DNA of 64,000 nucleotides from Parvibaculaceae bacterium (GTDB lineage Bacteria; Pseudomonadota; Alphaproteobacteria; Parvibaculales; Parvibaculaceae). The notes beneath the pieces are model-generated. The model was given only the letters and a program-made list of their open reading frames with translations. It did no database searches and was not told the origin of the DNA. The stretch's first letter is position 1, and each line of letters starts with the position of its first letter. The DNA is taken from contig OZ244201.1 of NCBI GenBank assembly GCA_965216825.1, positions 492,629 through 556,628 on the forward strand. The letters are read 5' to 3'. The position numbers and the translations under genes are program-made. Shown one piece after another: positions 26,998 to 35,780 of the stretch.

Positions 26998-27441
26998 ATG
27001 CCCCAGATGTCCCAGATTTCCACGAACATGCCGGGTACGTATGCCTACAGGACGCCCCGGCAGGGTAGTTTGACCACAAAGGCGGCGGCGAAACGAGAGG
27101 CGATGCGTGCGCGCCAGGCCGCTGATGTGAAGCTCATCTGTAACGCCGTTGCCAGAGCTTACAACATTCCGGCCGATATGCTTCAGGCGCCGACCCGCGG
27201 CGAGGCACACGTTGCCCGCGCCCGGCAGGTCGCCATGTATCTGGCCCATGTGGCTTTCGGCATGAGCCTCGGGGCGGTGGGCCGCCAGTTCGACCGCGAC
27301 CGCACGACCGCAGCCTATGCCTGCCGCCAGATCGAGGATCTGCGGGACGAGGGCGGGTTCGATTTTCTTCTGGAACGGCTGGAAAGTGCCCTGTCCGCCC
27401 TCTACCGGGCACGGGCCGGCAGCCGCCCGGCACAGCGTTAG
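26998..27441 (+). CDS. DnaA-domain-IV-like HTH protein (GafY / GafA N-terminal-like candidate)
   Basis: TRGEAHVARARQVAMYLAHVAFGMSLGAVGRQFDRDRTTAAYACRQIEDLR matches the DnaA C-terminal DNA-binding motif (R..aRq.AMYL...S...IG..f.rdhtT). The ATG at 26998 follows AGGAGGTGA. Confidence 0.7.
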   Translation: MPQMSQISTNMPGTYAYRTPRQGSLTTKAAAKREAMRARQAADVKLICNAVARAYNIPADMLQAPTRGEAHVARARQVAMYLAHVAFGMSLGAVGRQFDRDRTTAAYACRQIEDLRDEGGFDFLLERLESALSALYRARAGSRPAQR

Positions 27442-27469
27442 AAGCGGAAAAGCCAGCAGGAGAGGGCGC

Positions 27470-28345
27470 ATGACGATTGCGGCAGGTGAATTGAGACGCG
27501 AAGGCATCCGGCTTTTTCGCCGCCTGAGAGAACCGGGATATTTCCTGCGGCCGTTGAGCGGGGAGCCCGAAAGCATAGGCCTGTTCGGCCCGCGCAACCG
27601 CTGGGCGCGGCCGGTGATGAAGCTGGACCGCACGATTGTCGAAGCGCTGCACCGGGCCGACCTGCTGGTGGAAACGGCTGCGCCGGACGCCGCTGGCGAG
27701 GAGGACGCCGTCCTGCAAGTGAGTGCCGCCGGCGAAGCATGGTGGCGGCGGCAGACCGGCGGACAGGAGGCGTTCCAGGCGCAGCACCGGCTCATGGGCC
27801 GCGCCACGATCGACGAACCGGGCCGCGGACCGGTGAGCCGCGAGGTGAACCTGGGCGAATCGCCGCTCGGCTGGCTCAGCCGCCGGAAGGGGCCGGACGG
27901 CCGGGCGTTTCTCACACCCGCCGAGGTCGAGGCAGGCGAGCGCCTGCGCCGGGATTTTACCCTGGGCCGGTTGAATGCGCGCGTCACGGCGGACTGGACC
28001 GGCATGATGGCACATGTCGACCGGAGCCGCGGCCTGCCGCGGGACGGGGCCGATGTTCCGGCAGCCGCTCTGGATGCGCGGCGCAGGACCGAAAACGCGC
28101 TCGCTGCGGTGGGGCCCGGACTGGGCGATATTCTCGTGGAAACCTGTTGCCACCTGACCGGCATCGAACAGGCCGAACGCGCATTGGGCTGGCCGCAACG
28201 CTCGGCGAAGATTGTTCTGAAAATCGCACTCGACCGGCTGGCCGGACATTACGGCCTGAAGCAGGGCGGGGCGCCGGGACGCAAGGTCCATGTCTGGCGG
28301 CGTGAGGGGGAGGGCGCGGACGGCGCTTCCGGTCAGTCCGTGTGA
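27470..28345 (+). CDS. DUF6456-like protein (GafZ / GafA C-terminal-like candidate)
   Basis: ESPLGWLSRRKGPDGRAFLTPAEVEAGERLRRDF motif and a C-terminal HTH-like segment (ERALGWPQRSAKIVLKIALDRLAGHYGL). The ATG at 27470 follows AGGAGAGGG, 28 nt after the upstream stop. Confidence 0.6.
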   Translation: MTIAAGELRREGIRLFRRLREPGYFLRPLSGEPESIGLFGPRNRWARPVMKLDRTIVEALHRADLLVETAAPDAAGEEDAVLQVSAAGEAWWRRQTGGQEAFQAQHRLMGRATIDEPGRGPVSREVNLGESPLGWLSRRKGPDGRAFLTPAEVEAGERLRRDFTLGRLNARVTADWTGMMAHVDRSRGLPRDGADVPAAALDARRRTENALAAVGPGLGDILVETCCHLTGIEQAERALGWPQRSAKIVLKIALDRLAGHYGLKQGGAPGRKVHVWRREGEGADGASGQSV

Positions 28346-28758
28346 GCGCCGGCAAGCTGCCGGGCGGCGTCCTCGCGGATCCGCGCCACCATGGCATGCA
28401 ATCCGTTTGAGCGTTGCGGGCTCAGATGTTCGTTGAGACCCAGTTGCTCGAACACGTCGCGTGCGTCGATATCCAAAATATCTTTCGGCGCCTTGCCGGA
28501 ATACATGGTGAGGAGAATGGCAATCAGCCCGCGCACGATCAGGGCGTCGCTGTCGCCGCGGAAAGAAAGTGTCCCGCCATCGCCGGCCGGTTCGCAGACC
28601 AGCCACACCTGCGAGACGCAGCCCTGCACCTTCGTCTCCTCATTGTGCTCGTCCGCACTCAGCGGATCGAGTTTCTTGCCCAGCTCGATGACATACTTGT
28701 ACCGGTCTTCCCAATCGTCGAGATAGCTGAAATCGTCTATCAGGTCCTGAATGCTCAT
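28333..28758 (-). CDS. sufE: SufE-like cysteine desulfuration (sulfur acceptor) protein
   Basis: WEDRYKYVIELGKKL..VQGCVSQVWL..GDSDALIVRGLIAIL..GLNEHLSPQRSNGL motifs. Confidence 0.85.
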   Translation of the reverse strand: MSIQDLIDDFSYLDDWEDRYKYVIELGKKLDPLSADEHNEETKVQGCVSQVWLVCEPAGDGGTLSFRGDSDALIVRGLIAILLTMYSGKAPKDILDIDARDVFEQLGLNEHLSPQRSNGLHAMVARIREDAARQLAGAHTD

Positions 28759-28975
28759 CTGGGGTCCGGCGTCGGTGAACGGGGGAGGGTTTCCCGTGAG
28801 ATAGCGCTCCAGAGGGCCCGGAGCAAGGCGTGTCACCAAAAAGTGGCCATTCGGGTAAAAAAAGGCGCACAGACAACCGGTTAAAGGGCACGGGAACCGG
28901 TCATCTGTGCGCCATCGTCGACGGGCACGCCCGTCTGGTGGAAGGCTGCGAACGAGCTAAAGCAGCATTCCAAAC

Positions 28976-29368
28976 TCAGGCGCCGCGGGAAACCGCGGCA
29001 CTGGGTGTCGATGCCTCAAGGGCATCCCGCACTGGCACCTGAGTGCTGGTCTGGTTTGTGTCCAAACCCTTTTCGGCGATCCAGCTAAGCGCCAGCCCGC
29101 CGTAATATGTCACCTGACGTTGAACGTGAGACGCCACCGCAAGACCCGTATCGCAGGTCGCGGGATTGCGTTCGCAGAAGGAAAGAACGTCCTCAGCCGA
29201 CGCCATCGCGGCCCCGGCAACCTCCGAAAGCTCCAGCCGTTCCGCCGGGAGCGGCGCGGAGAGAGAGGCGGGAACCGCCCCGCCCGAGCGGGCCTGGGTG
29301 GGTGTGTCGGGGGCGGGCAGCAAAAGCGCCACCACCGTGATCCAGAACGCCAAACGTACCAAAAACAT
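28976..29368 (-). CDS. DUF5330-like small membrane protein
   Basis: The N-terminus MFLVRLAFWITVVALLLP is typical of this Rhizobiales-type family. Confidence 0.55.
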   Translation of the reverse strand: MFLVRLAFWITVVALLLPAPDTPTQARSGGAVPASLSAPLPAERLELSEVAGAAMASAEDVLSFCERNPATCDTGLAVASHVQRQVTYYGGLALSWIAEKGLDTNQTSTQVPVRDALEASTPSAAVSRGA

Positions 29369-29687
29369 CGAAACTGCCCTTTATCTTTCGACCCCTGCCG
29401 CCGGCGGCGCGTGACCCTTTGCGCCTCCGGCAAACCGCAAAGGTCTGCTCTGAGGGCAAGATACACGCCTAATTCCTGAACAGAATTTAAAACGAAAGAT
29501 AAAATTGAATATTCATAGCCGAAAACACAGGTAAACGGATCGAATGGTTGAGTAAAACCAAAACAAATACATGTAATAATAATAAAACAAGAATATATAT
29601 TGAGGATAATTCGAGTCGAACTTAGCTCAAATTGTCACGATCCGGGGGGCGAAGGGGCGCGAGGGGCGAGCCGCCCCGTGCGGCCAC

Positions 29688-29714
29688 AAAAAAACCGGCA
29701 GAAAACTGCCGGTT
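29688..29714 (-). terminator. Rho-independent terminator of the 29761..30756 gene
   Basis: On the minus strand, an ACCGGCAG-TTTT-CTGCCGGT hairpin is followed by TTTTTTT. Confidence 0.75.
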
Positions 29715-29760
29715 CTTCTGAAGCGTGAAGCTGCTTGCTGGCGAAAAGGAGTGCCGGCCG

Positions 29761-30756
29761 TTAGCGGTCCGCCTTGGGCAGAACCTGCGCCCAGCAGGCG
29801 CGGACGTCCTCGATCGCGTGCTTGCCCGTGCACCAGGCTTCCTCCGACGGGAAGTGCGCAGCTGCAATGCACTGATTGAGGTTGAGCTTCGCCCAGTTGA
29901 GGCAGCTCGTCGTCCGGCGCGACGGCGGCGCAATGTCGGCCAGCGACGCATCCGTGTCCAGCGATGTGGCGATCACGTGGCGGGCCCCGTAGGCAAGCAC
30001 CCGCTCCATCAGCGGCTGCGCGAGAGCATGCGCCGGGGTGATCGGCGAGAAGGCTTCGAGTGCCGAGGCCAGGCCGGCCATTACGCCTTTATCCGTATCG
30101 GTCACGCTGTCGGCAGAGGCGAAATTCGCCGCTGCATCCTCGGGGCGTTCGAGCATGCCCCAGCGGTTACCCTGAAACGTATGCGCGGCCGTCAGGAAAC
30201 GCTCGTGCAGGAGCGTCATGCGCCGGTTGTCGGCTTCGATCTCGGCCATGACTGCCGCAACCGCCGAATTGGCGCCCGGCAGGCTGCGGGCAAACGTGCC
30301 CTTGCCCGAAAGCTCTTGGAGAACCGAAATGGCGCCATGCCGCGAAACCGCGCGGCGGACACCTTCGGCGAAAGCCGGGTTCTGCGCCGCGATCAGGCCG
30401 CGATGGGCAAGCCATCCGCGCGCCACGTCACCCGGTTCGGAAAAGCGCAGCTTGTCCAGCATCCGGCGGACTTCCCCCGGTGTGCCGAGCGAGCTCTGGA
30501 TCGCTTCCGTTACCGCGCTTTGAAACTGTGTGTATTGCTGGGCAATGGCGAAGACGCCGGTCATCGGCAGTTCGCCGGCCCGCACGGGGCGCGCGACGGG
30601 AACCGGGACACGCGCCTCGAAGGTTGAAAGCGCCGCCGGATCGATGGCCGCGATCTCCTGTGCCTTGAGGTCGGCTGTACCGCTGCCCATCAGAAGGGCG
30701 GCGCCCGCCAGAAAGGCCCCTGAAATTCGTGAAATACTCACCCTGCTACCCGACAT
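29761..30756 (-). CDS. secreted hypothetical protein (331 aa)
   Basis: Signal peptide ..GAFLAGAALLMGSGTADLKA and a Cys-rich C-terminal end. No family was recognised. Confidence 0.6.
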   Translation of the reverse strand: MSGSRVSISRISGAFLAGAALLMGSGTADLKAQEIAAIDPAALSTFEARVPVPVARPVRAGELPMTGVFAIAQQYTQFQSAVTEAIQSSLGTPGEVRRMLDKLRFSEPGDVARGWLAHRGLIAAQNPAFAEGVRRAVSRHGAISVLQELSGKGTFARSLPGANSAVAAVMAEIEADNRRMTLLHERFLTAAHTFQGNRWGMLERPEDAAANFASADSVTDTDKGVMAGLASALEAFSPITPAHALAQPLMERVLAYGARHVIATSLDTDASLADIAPPSRRTTSCLNWAKLNLNQCIAAAHFPSEEAWCTGKHAIEDVRACWAQVLPKADR

Positions 30757-31047
30757 CGCTGATGCCTCCCGCGCAATAAACCAATCAGCTGCTCGTTAAC
30801 GTCCCCGACCCTCGAGGCCCAACGATGATTGTAGGAGCGCTTTGACGGCGGCGCAATCGCCGCGACGCACTAAAACCCGTGGGTTTTGATGTGCTTGTAC
30901 GCTAACTTGGGCGAAACGCGCGCCGATCCATCATTCCCTCAGGCCCTGCGCCATTTCGCGCGGCCCCGAATGCGAATTAAGTATAGGACAAATTTCTCTA
31001 AAGCGGCGTAAATGGGGGCATGAGCCTCCTTTGCCGCGGGCTCTCCG

Positions 31048-31398
31048 ATGAAACTCAAAGCCGAAATCTGGGTGAAGGCCCTCATCCGCCGCGCCGGGGT
31101 GGCCAATGCGCCGGCCATGGTGGTGCGCCGCGGACATGCCGAAGCCGGCACGGTCTATGTGAAAGTGGCCCGTCTCGATGGCACGGCAGACGTGTACGGC
31201 CCGACCTGGGGCGCGTCCGGCGAGCGTGTCTGGATGCGCGTCACCGGCACGGCGCCGGTCAGCGACGAGGAAGCCGAAGCCTATCTCGCGCGGCAGGAAA
31301 AGGTCGACCCGGATTTCTGGGTTGTGGAGATTGAAGATAAGGAGGGCCGGCACTTCCTGACCGAGCCGGTCGAGGAAAGCCCGCCCCCCTTGCGATAG
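31048..31398 (+). CDS. DUF1491 family protein
   Basis: MKLKAEIWVKALIRR..VVRRGHAEAGTVYVKV..DPDFWVVEIEDKEGRH is characteristic of DUF1491. Confidence 0.75.
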   Translation: MKLKAEIWVKALIRRAGVANAPAMVVRRGHAEAGTVYVKVARLDGTADVYGPTWGASGERVWMRVTGTAPVSDEEAEAYLARQEKVDPDFWVVEIEDKEGRHFLTEPVEESPPPLR

Positions 31399-31407
31399 CG
31401 GGATGTG

Positions 31408-31626
31408 TCAGGGCCGCATAAAAGTGTAGTCCGTATCCGGATCGAGGTTTTCGGCGGCCGACGTCAGCTCGGAGGCGATATCCTCCAGCGAGCGCGTCTC
31501 CTTGTAGATGTGGATCACTTTTTCCAACAGGATGCGGGCGATGTTTTCCGCCGGCACCTTGGCCGATTCGGCATCTGCCAGGGCGGCTTCCAGATGCTTG
31601 GTCGCAATCTCTCTAGCTGTCGTCAT
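31408..31626 (-). CDS. small hypothetical protein (72 aa)
   Basis: The ATG at 31626 is preceded by AAGGAGA. This is the C-terminal part of a 404-aa track ORF whose remainder is an antisense shadow of prfC. Confidence 0.5.
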   Translation of the reverse strand: MTTAREIATKHLEAALADAESAKVPAENIARILLEKVIHIYKETRSLEDIASELTSAAENLDPDTDYTFMRP

Positions 31627-31776
31627 GTGGATCTCCTTTGCCCGCCCGGGGGCGGACGTTTTCCGGTCAATATGAATGCGCAGACGCTCGCCTGAAAATC
31701 CGCTTTGTGCAATGATGCATATCAACGCAGGCGCGGTGGGCGCTGGCGTCATGTGCCACGCACGGGGAGCCGACAC

Positions 31777-32154
31777 ATGGCCCTGTTTTTGTATCGCGAC
31801 CGCCTGGTCGAACTGGACGAGACTGCCGATCCGCGCACCCAGGGAGACTTTCCCCTGAGCCCCGAACAATACGCGTCTTTGCAGCTTGAAGACCTGATGG
31901 AGCTGCTCACCGAGGGGCTTTCCGACAATCCCCATCTGGCGGAGGAAAAGCCCCGCTTCGTGCTGGCCATCTGTCACATGATGCACGACAAGGGGCAGGT
32001 AAACGCGGTCCGGGTCGTGGACGATGGCGGCGGGCCGGTGCTTTCCTGCGCCCGCATCCCGACCCAGTCGCTCGATGTGCTGGAAGAATTGCGCATGCGC
32101 GGCGCGCTCAACCAGCAGACCGTGGACGAGGCGGTCTGGAACCCGCTGGCCTGA
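31777..32154 (+). CDS. hypothetical protein (125 aa)
   Basis: The ATG at 31777 follows GGGGAG. Composition is balanced and acidic. Confidence 0.5.
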   Translation: MALFLYRDRLVELDETADPRTQGDFPLSPEQYASLQLEDLMELLTEGLSDNPHLAEEKPRFVLAICHMMHDKGQVNAVRVVDDGGGPVLSCARIPTQSLDVLEELRMRGALNQQTVDEAVWNPLA

Positions 32155-32308
32155 TCCCCCATATGTCCGAAAAGGGCGGCGGCGCGTCTGGCATGTGCGC
32201 CGAAGCTGCGATAGTGTCCGCCCCGTTTCCGGCACCCTGGCAAAAGGGTGCCCTTTGTCTATGGGCCGCCTGCAACCGGCGGGCGCCCTGTCTGTCCAGG
32301 AGGTCAAT

Positions 32309-33919
32309 GTGACCGTCATCGACTCAGGCACTGCCGGGCCGACAACCGAGGAAGTGCGCCGCCGCCGGACCTTTGCGATCATCTCGCACCCGGACGCCGG
32401 CAAGACGACCCTGACCGAAAACCTGCTCCTGAAGGGCGGGGCGATCCATCTTGCCGGCCAGGTGAAGGCGCGCGGCGACCGCCGCCGCGCCCGCTCGGAC
32501 TGGATGAAGATCGAACAGGATCGCGGTATCTCGGTCACCTCCGCCGTCATGACGTTCGAATACAAGGGCGTGATCTGCAACCTGCTCGACACACCGGGCC
32601 ACGAGGACTTCTCCGAGGACACCTACCGCACGCTCACCGCCGCCGACAGCGCCATCATGGTGATCGATGCCGCCAAGGGTATCGAGGCGCAGACCCTGAA
32701 GCTCTTCGAGGTTTGCCGCCTGCGCGACGTGCCGATCATCACCTTCATCAACAAGATCGACCGCGAGGGGCAGGACCCGTTCGACCTGATGCAGGAAGTG
32801 GCAGATCGTCTGGCTCTCGACACCGCGCCCATGACCTGGCCGGCCGGGACCGGCAACCGGTTGCGCGGTATTTACGATCTCACGAAAGACAGGCTGATTG
32901 CCTACAAGCAGGGCGAAACGCCGGAGGACACGGGGCTCAGCGTCGACAGCAACGAGATCACCCGCTATCTGAACGAAGACGAACTCGCGACGCTGAAGGA
33001 AGAGGTGGAACTGGCCAAGGGCGCCTGCTCGCCGTTCGATCTCGAGCTTTACCGCGCCGGTGCGCTGACGCCGGTCTTTTTCGGCACGGCGCTCCGCCAT
33101 CTGGGCATCGACGAACTGCTCGACGCCGTGGCCGCCTTCGCGCCGGCGCCGCGGGCGCAGCCATCTTCAAACCGTGTGGTGAGTCCCGACGAGAAAAAAG
33201 TCTCCGGCTTCGTCTTCAAGGTGCAGGCGAACATGGACCAGAACCACCGCGACCGGATCGCCTTCATGCGGCTGTGTTCGGGCAAGTTCAAGCGGGGCAT
33301 GAAGCTGAAGCTCTCCAGCTCCGGCAAGACCGTCGGTGTGCACAACCCGATCCTGTTCTTCGCGCAGGACCGCGAGCTGGTGGACGAGGCCTGGCCGGGC
33401 GACATTATCGGCATTCCCAATCACGGCACGATCCGCGTCGGCGACACGCTGACCGAGAACGAGGATCTTGTCTTCACCGGCATCCCGAACTTCGCGCCGG
33501 AAATCCTCCAGCGCGTGCGCCTCGATGATCCGATGAAGGCGAAGCACCTGCGCCGCGCGCTCGAAAGCCTCGCGGAAGAAGGCGTGACCCAGGTCTTCAA
33601 GCCGCAGCTCGGCGCCAACTGGATCGTCGGCGTGGTCGGGCAGCTGCAGCTCGAAGTGCTGGCCCAGCGCATCGAGGCGGAATATTCGATCAAGGTGGCG
33701 CTGGAACCCGCCCCCTTCGAGACCGCACGCTGGGTGGACAGTGACGATCCGGCCGAACTGAAGCGCTTCGTCGAGGGCAACCGCGCCAGCATGGCCGAGG
33801 ACCGCGACGGCGCACCGGTCTTCCTCGCCAAGAGCGCGTGGGAAGTCGGCTATACGGAAGAGAAATGGCCGAAGATCCGTTTCTCCGCGACCCGCGAACG
33901 CGCGCCCGTCGCGGCTTGA
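32309..33919 (+). CDS. prfC: peptide chain release factor 3 (translational GTPase)
   Basis: RRTFAIISHPDAGKTTLTE, DTPGHEDF and NKIDRE GTPase motifs, about 536 aa. The GTG at 32309 lies 5 nt after AGGAGG. The track ORF begins upstream at 32024. Confidence 0.9.
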   Translation: MTVIDSGTAGPTTEEVRRRRTFAIISHPDAGKTTLTENLLLKGGAIHLAGQVKARGDRRRARSDWMKIEQDRGISVTSAVMTFEYKGVICNLLDTPGHEDFSEDTYRTLTAADSAIMVIDAAKGIEAQTLKLFEVCRLRDVPIITFINKIDREGQDPFDLMQEVADRLALDTAPMTWPAGTGNRLRGIYDLTKDRLIAYKQGETPEDTGLSVDSNEITRYLNEDELATLKEEVELAKGACSPFDLELYRAGALTPVFFGTALRHLGIDELLDAVAAFAPAPRAQPSSNRVVSPDEKKVSGFVFKVQANMDQNHRDRIAFMRLCSGKFKRGMKLKLSSSGKTVGVHNPILFFAQDRELVDEAWPGDIIGIPNHGTIRVGDTLTENEDLVFTGIPNFAPEILQRVRLDDPMKAKHLRRALESLAEEGVTQVFKPQLGANWIVGVVGQLQLEVLAQRIEAEYSIKVALEPAPFETARWVDSDDPAELKRFVEGNRASMAEDRDGAPVFLAKSAWEVGYTEEKWPKIRFSATRERAPVAA

Positions 33920-33980
33920 CGGTGGCGGCTATCCTGGAAAGATAGGAACGCGCGAACCATGGGGAAGGCAGCCTGACGAC

Positions 33981-35147
33981 ATGGACACCATAAACGGACA
34001 GTGGCAGGAGCTTTGGCAGCTGGTCGTCGAAGTCTGGCAGACCGGCGTGTTCGGCTACGATATCGGTCATTTCCTGATCGCGGCCGCCATCTTTGTCGCC
34101 TTCTACCTGCTGCGCGGCGTCTTCACCAATTTCGTCTTCTCGGTCATCGACCGCTGGGTCGCGGGGACCCAAACCAAGATCGACGACTATCTGCATCAAG
34201 CGCTGGCCGATCCGCTGCGCGCCACCTTCATGATCGTCGGGATCTTTTTCGCCCTCGACTATCTGGCGCTGCAGGGAACGGCGGCGGCGCTCGCCCGCAA
34301 CGCCGTGCAGTCCCTCATCGCTTTCACCATCTTCTGGGCGCTTCACAATGCGGTGCAGCCGCTGAGCCTGCTGCTGCGGCAGTTGAAGCGCGTGCTCACC
34401 AACGAGATGATCGACTGGCTGGTGACCGGCGCGCGCTGGGGCGTCATTCTCATCGGCGCGGCGACCATTCTCCAGATCTGGGGCATTCAGGTGGCGCCCA
34501 TCATTGCCGGGCTCGGCCTCTTCGGCGTCGCGGTGGCGCTGGGCGCGCAGGACCTGTTCAAGAACCTGATCGGCGGCCTGTCCATCCTGATTGAAAAGCG
34601 CTTCCGCAAGGGCGACTGGATCCTGGTCGACGGGGTCGTCGAAGGAACCGTGGAAGGCATCGGCTTTCGCTCCACCACCGTGCGCCGGTTCGACAAGGCG
34701 CCGGTCTATGTGCCGAACCAGAAACTGTCGGACGCAGCCGTCACGAACTTCACCAAGATGAGCCATCGCCGCATCTACTGGAAGATCGGCGTGGAATACC
34801 GCACGACGTTGGAGCAGCTCAAACAGGTGCGCGACGGCATCGAGACATACCTGCTCGAACACGATGCCTTCGCCAAGCCGCCGGAAGTGCCGCTGTTCGT
34901 GCGCATCGATGCCTTCAACGCCAGCTCCATCGACATCATGGTCTACTGTTTCACCAAGACGACGGTCTGGGGTGAATGGCTGGAGCTGAAGGAAGCCTTT
35001 GCCTACGCGATCAAGGACATTGTCGAGGGCGCGGGCACCGGCTTCGCCTTCCCGAGCCAGTCCATCTATGTGGAAATGCTGCCCGATGCGGCTAGTCCCG
35101 CGGGCCCCGAAGGGCCGGCCCTGACCGACCGGCCCGGCACGGCCTGA
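33981..35147 (+). CDS. MscS-family mechanosensitive ion channel
   Basis: GAQDLFKNLIGGLSILIEKRFRKGDWI..GTVEGIGFRSTTVRRFD motif and several N-terminal TM helices. Confidence 0.85.
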   Translation: MDTINGQWQELWQLVVEVWQTGVFGYDIGHFLIAAAIFVAFYLLRGVFTNFVFSVIDRWVAGTQTKIDDYLHQALADPLRATFMIVGIFFALDYLALQGTAAALARNAVQSLIAFTIFWALHNAVQPLSLLLRQLKRVLTNEMIDWLVTGARWGVILIGAATILQIWGIQVAPIIAGLGLFGVAVALGAQDLFKNLIGGLSILIEKRFRKGDWILVDGVVEGTVEGIGFRSTTVRRFDKAPVYVPNQKLSDAAVTNFTKMSHRRIYWKIGVEYRTTLEQLKQVRDGIETYLLEHDAFAKPPEVPLFVRIDAFNASSIDIMVYCFTKTTVWGEWLELKEAFAYAIKDIVEGAGTGFAFPSQSIYVEMLPDAASPAGPEGPALTDRPGTA

Positions 35148-35162
35148 CGCGCGGAGTGGGCG

Positions 35163-35780
35163 ATGAGCGAGGTGCCGGAAGAAATCGCACGGGGCTTCCT
35201 GCCCTACAATGACGAAGTTGCCAAGCTGCGCCGCGCCTACGCGGAGGTGCCTTTCGCCGAACGGCACAGGTCTTTCCGGTTTTTCTTTCCCGAAGCGCCG
35301 TCCCATGTGCTCGATATCGGCGCCGGCGTCGGCGTCGATGCGCAGGGCTTTGCGCAAGCCGGCCACACGGTCGTCGCCGTCGAGCCGGCCGAAGCAATGC
35401 GCGCCATTGCGATAGCCGACCGCGACCATGCCAACATCACCTGGGTGGACGATTGCCTGCCGCATTTGGAAAAGGTGCGGGAGACGGGCCTCATGTTCGA
35501 CTTCGTCCTGTCGAGCGCCTCGTTCATGCACCTGCCGGAAGAGTGCCAGGCTGACGGCTTCAAGGCTATTGCTGCACTGATGAAGGAAGAGGCCTATGCG
35601 GCGTTCAGCCTGCGTCACGGGCCGGTACCGGAAGGGCGCACCATGTACGAGCTTTCGCCGGACGATGCCGCCAAGCTCGCCGCAGCCGCCGGTCTCGGCC
35701 TCGTGCGGCATGAAGAGAAGCCGGACCGCACCGGCAGGCCCGGCGTCTTCTGGTCGATGATGGTGTTTGAAAAGCTCTAG
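35163..35780 (+). CDS. class I SAM-dependent methyltransferase
   Basis: Motif I VLDIGAGVGVDAQGFAQAGHTVVAVEP. Confidence 0.75.
   Translation: MSEVPEEIARGFLPYNDEVAKLRRAYAEVPFAERHRSFRFFFPEAPSHVLDIGAGVGVDAQGFAQAGHTVVAVEPAEAMRAIAIADRDHANITWVDDCLPHLEKVRETGLMFDFVLSSASFMHLPEECQADGFKAIAALMKEEAYAAFSLRHGPVPEGRTMYELSPDDAAKLAAAAGLGLVRHEEKPDRTGRPGVFWSMMVFEKL

Noticed and set aside
30757-31047. 290-nt ORF-free gap considered as an sRNA or riboswitch locus
   Set aside because: No recognisable riboswitch core, terminator or conserved structure could be identified by eye. An AGGAGG-ATG on the minus strand opens only a 7-codon ORF.
33690-35711. 673-aa minus-strand ORF
   Set aside because: Antisense to the prfC 3' end, MscS and methyltransferase genes. 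No motifs.
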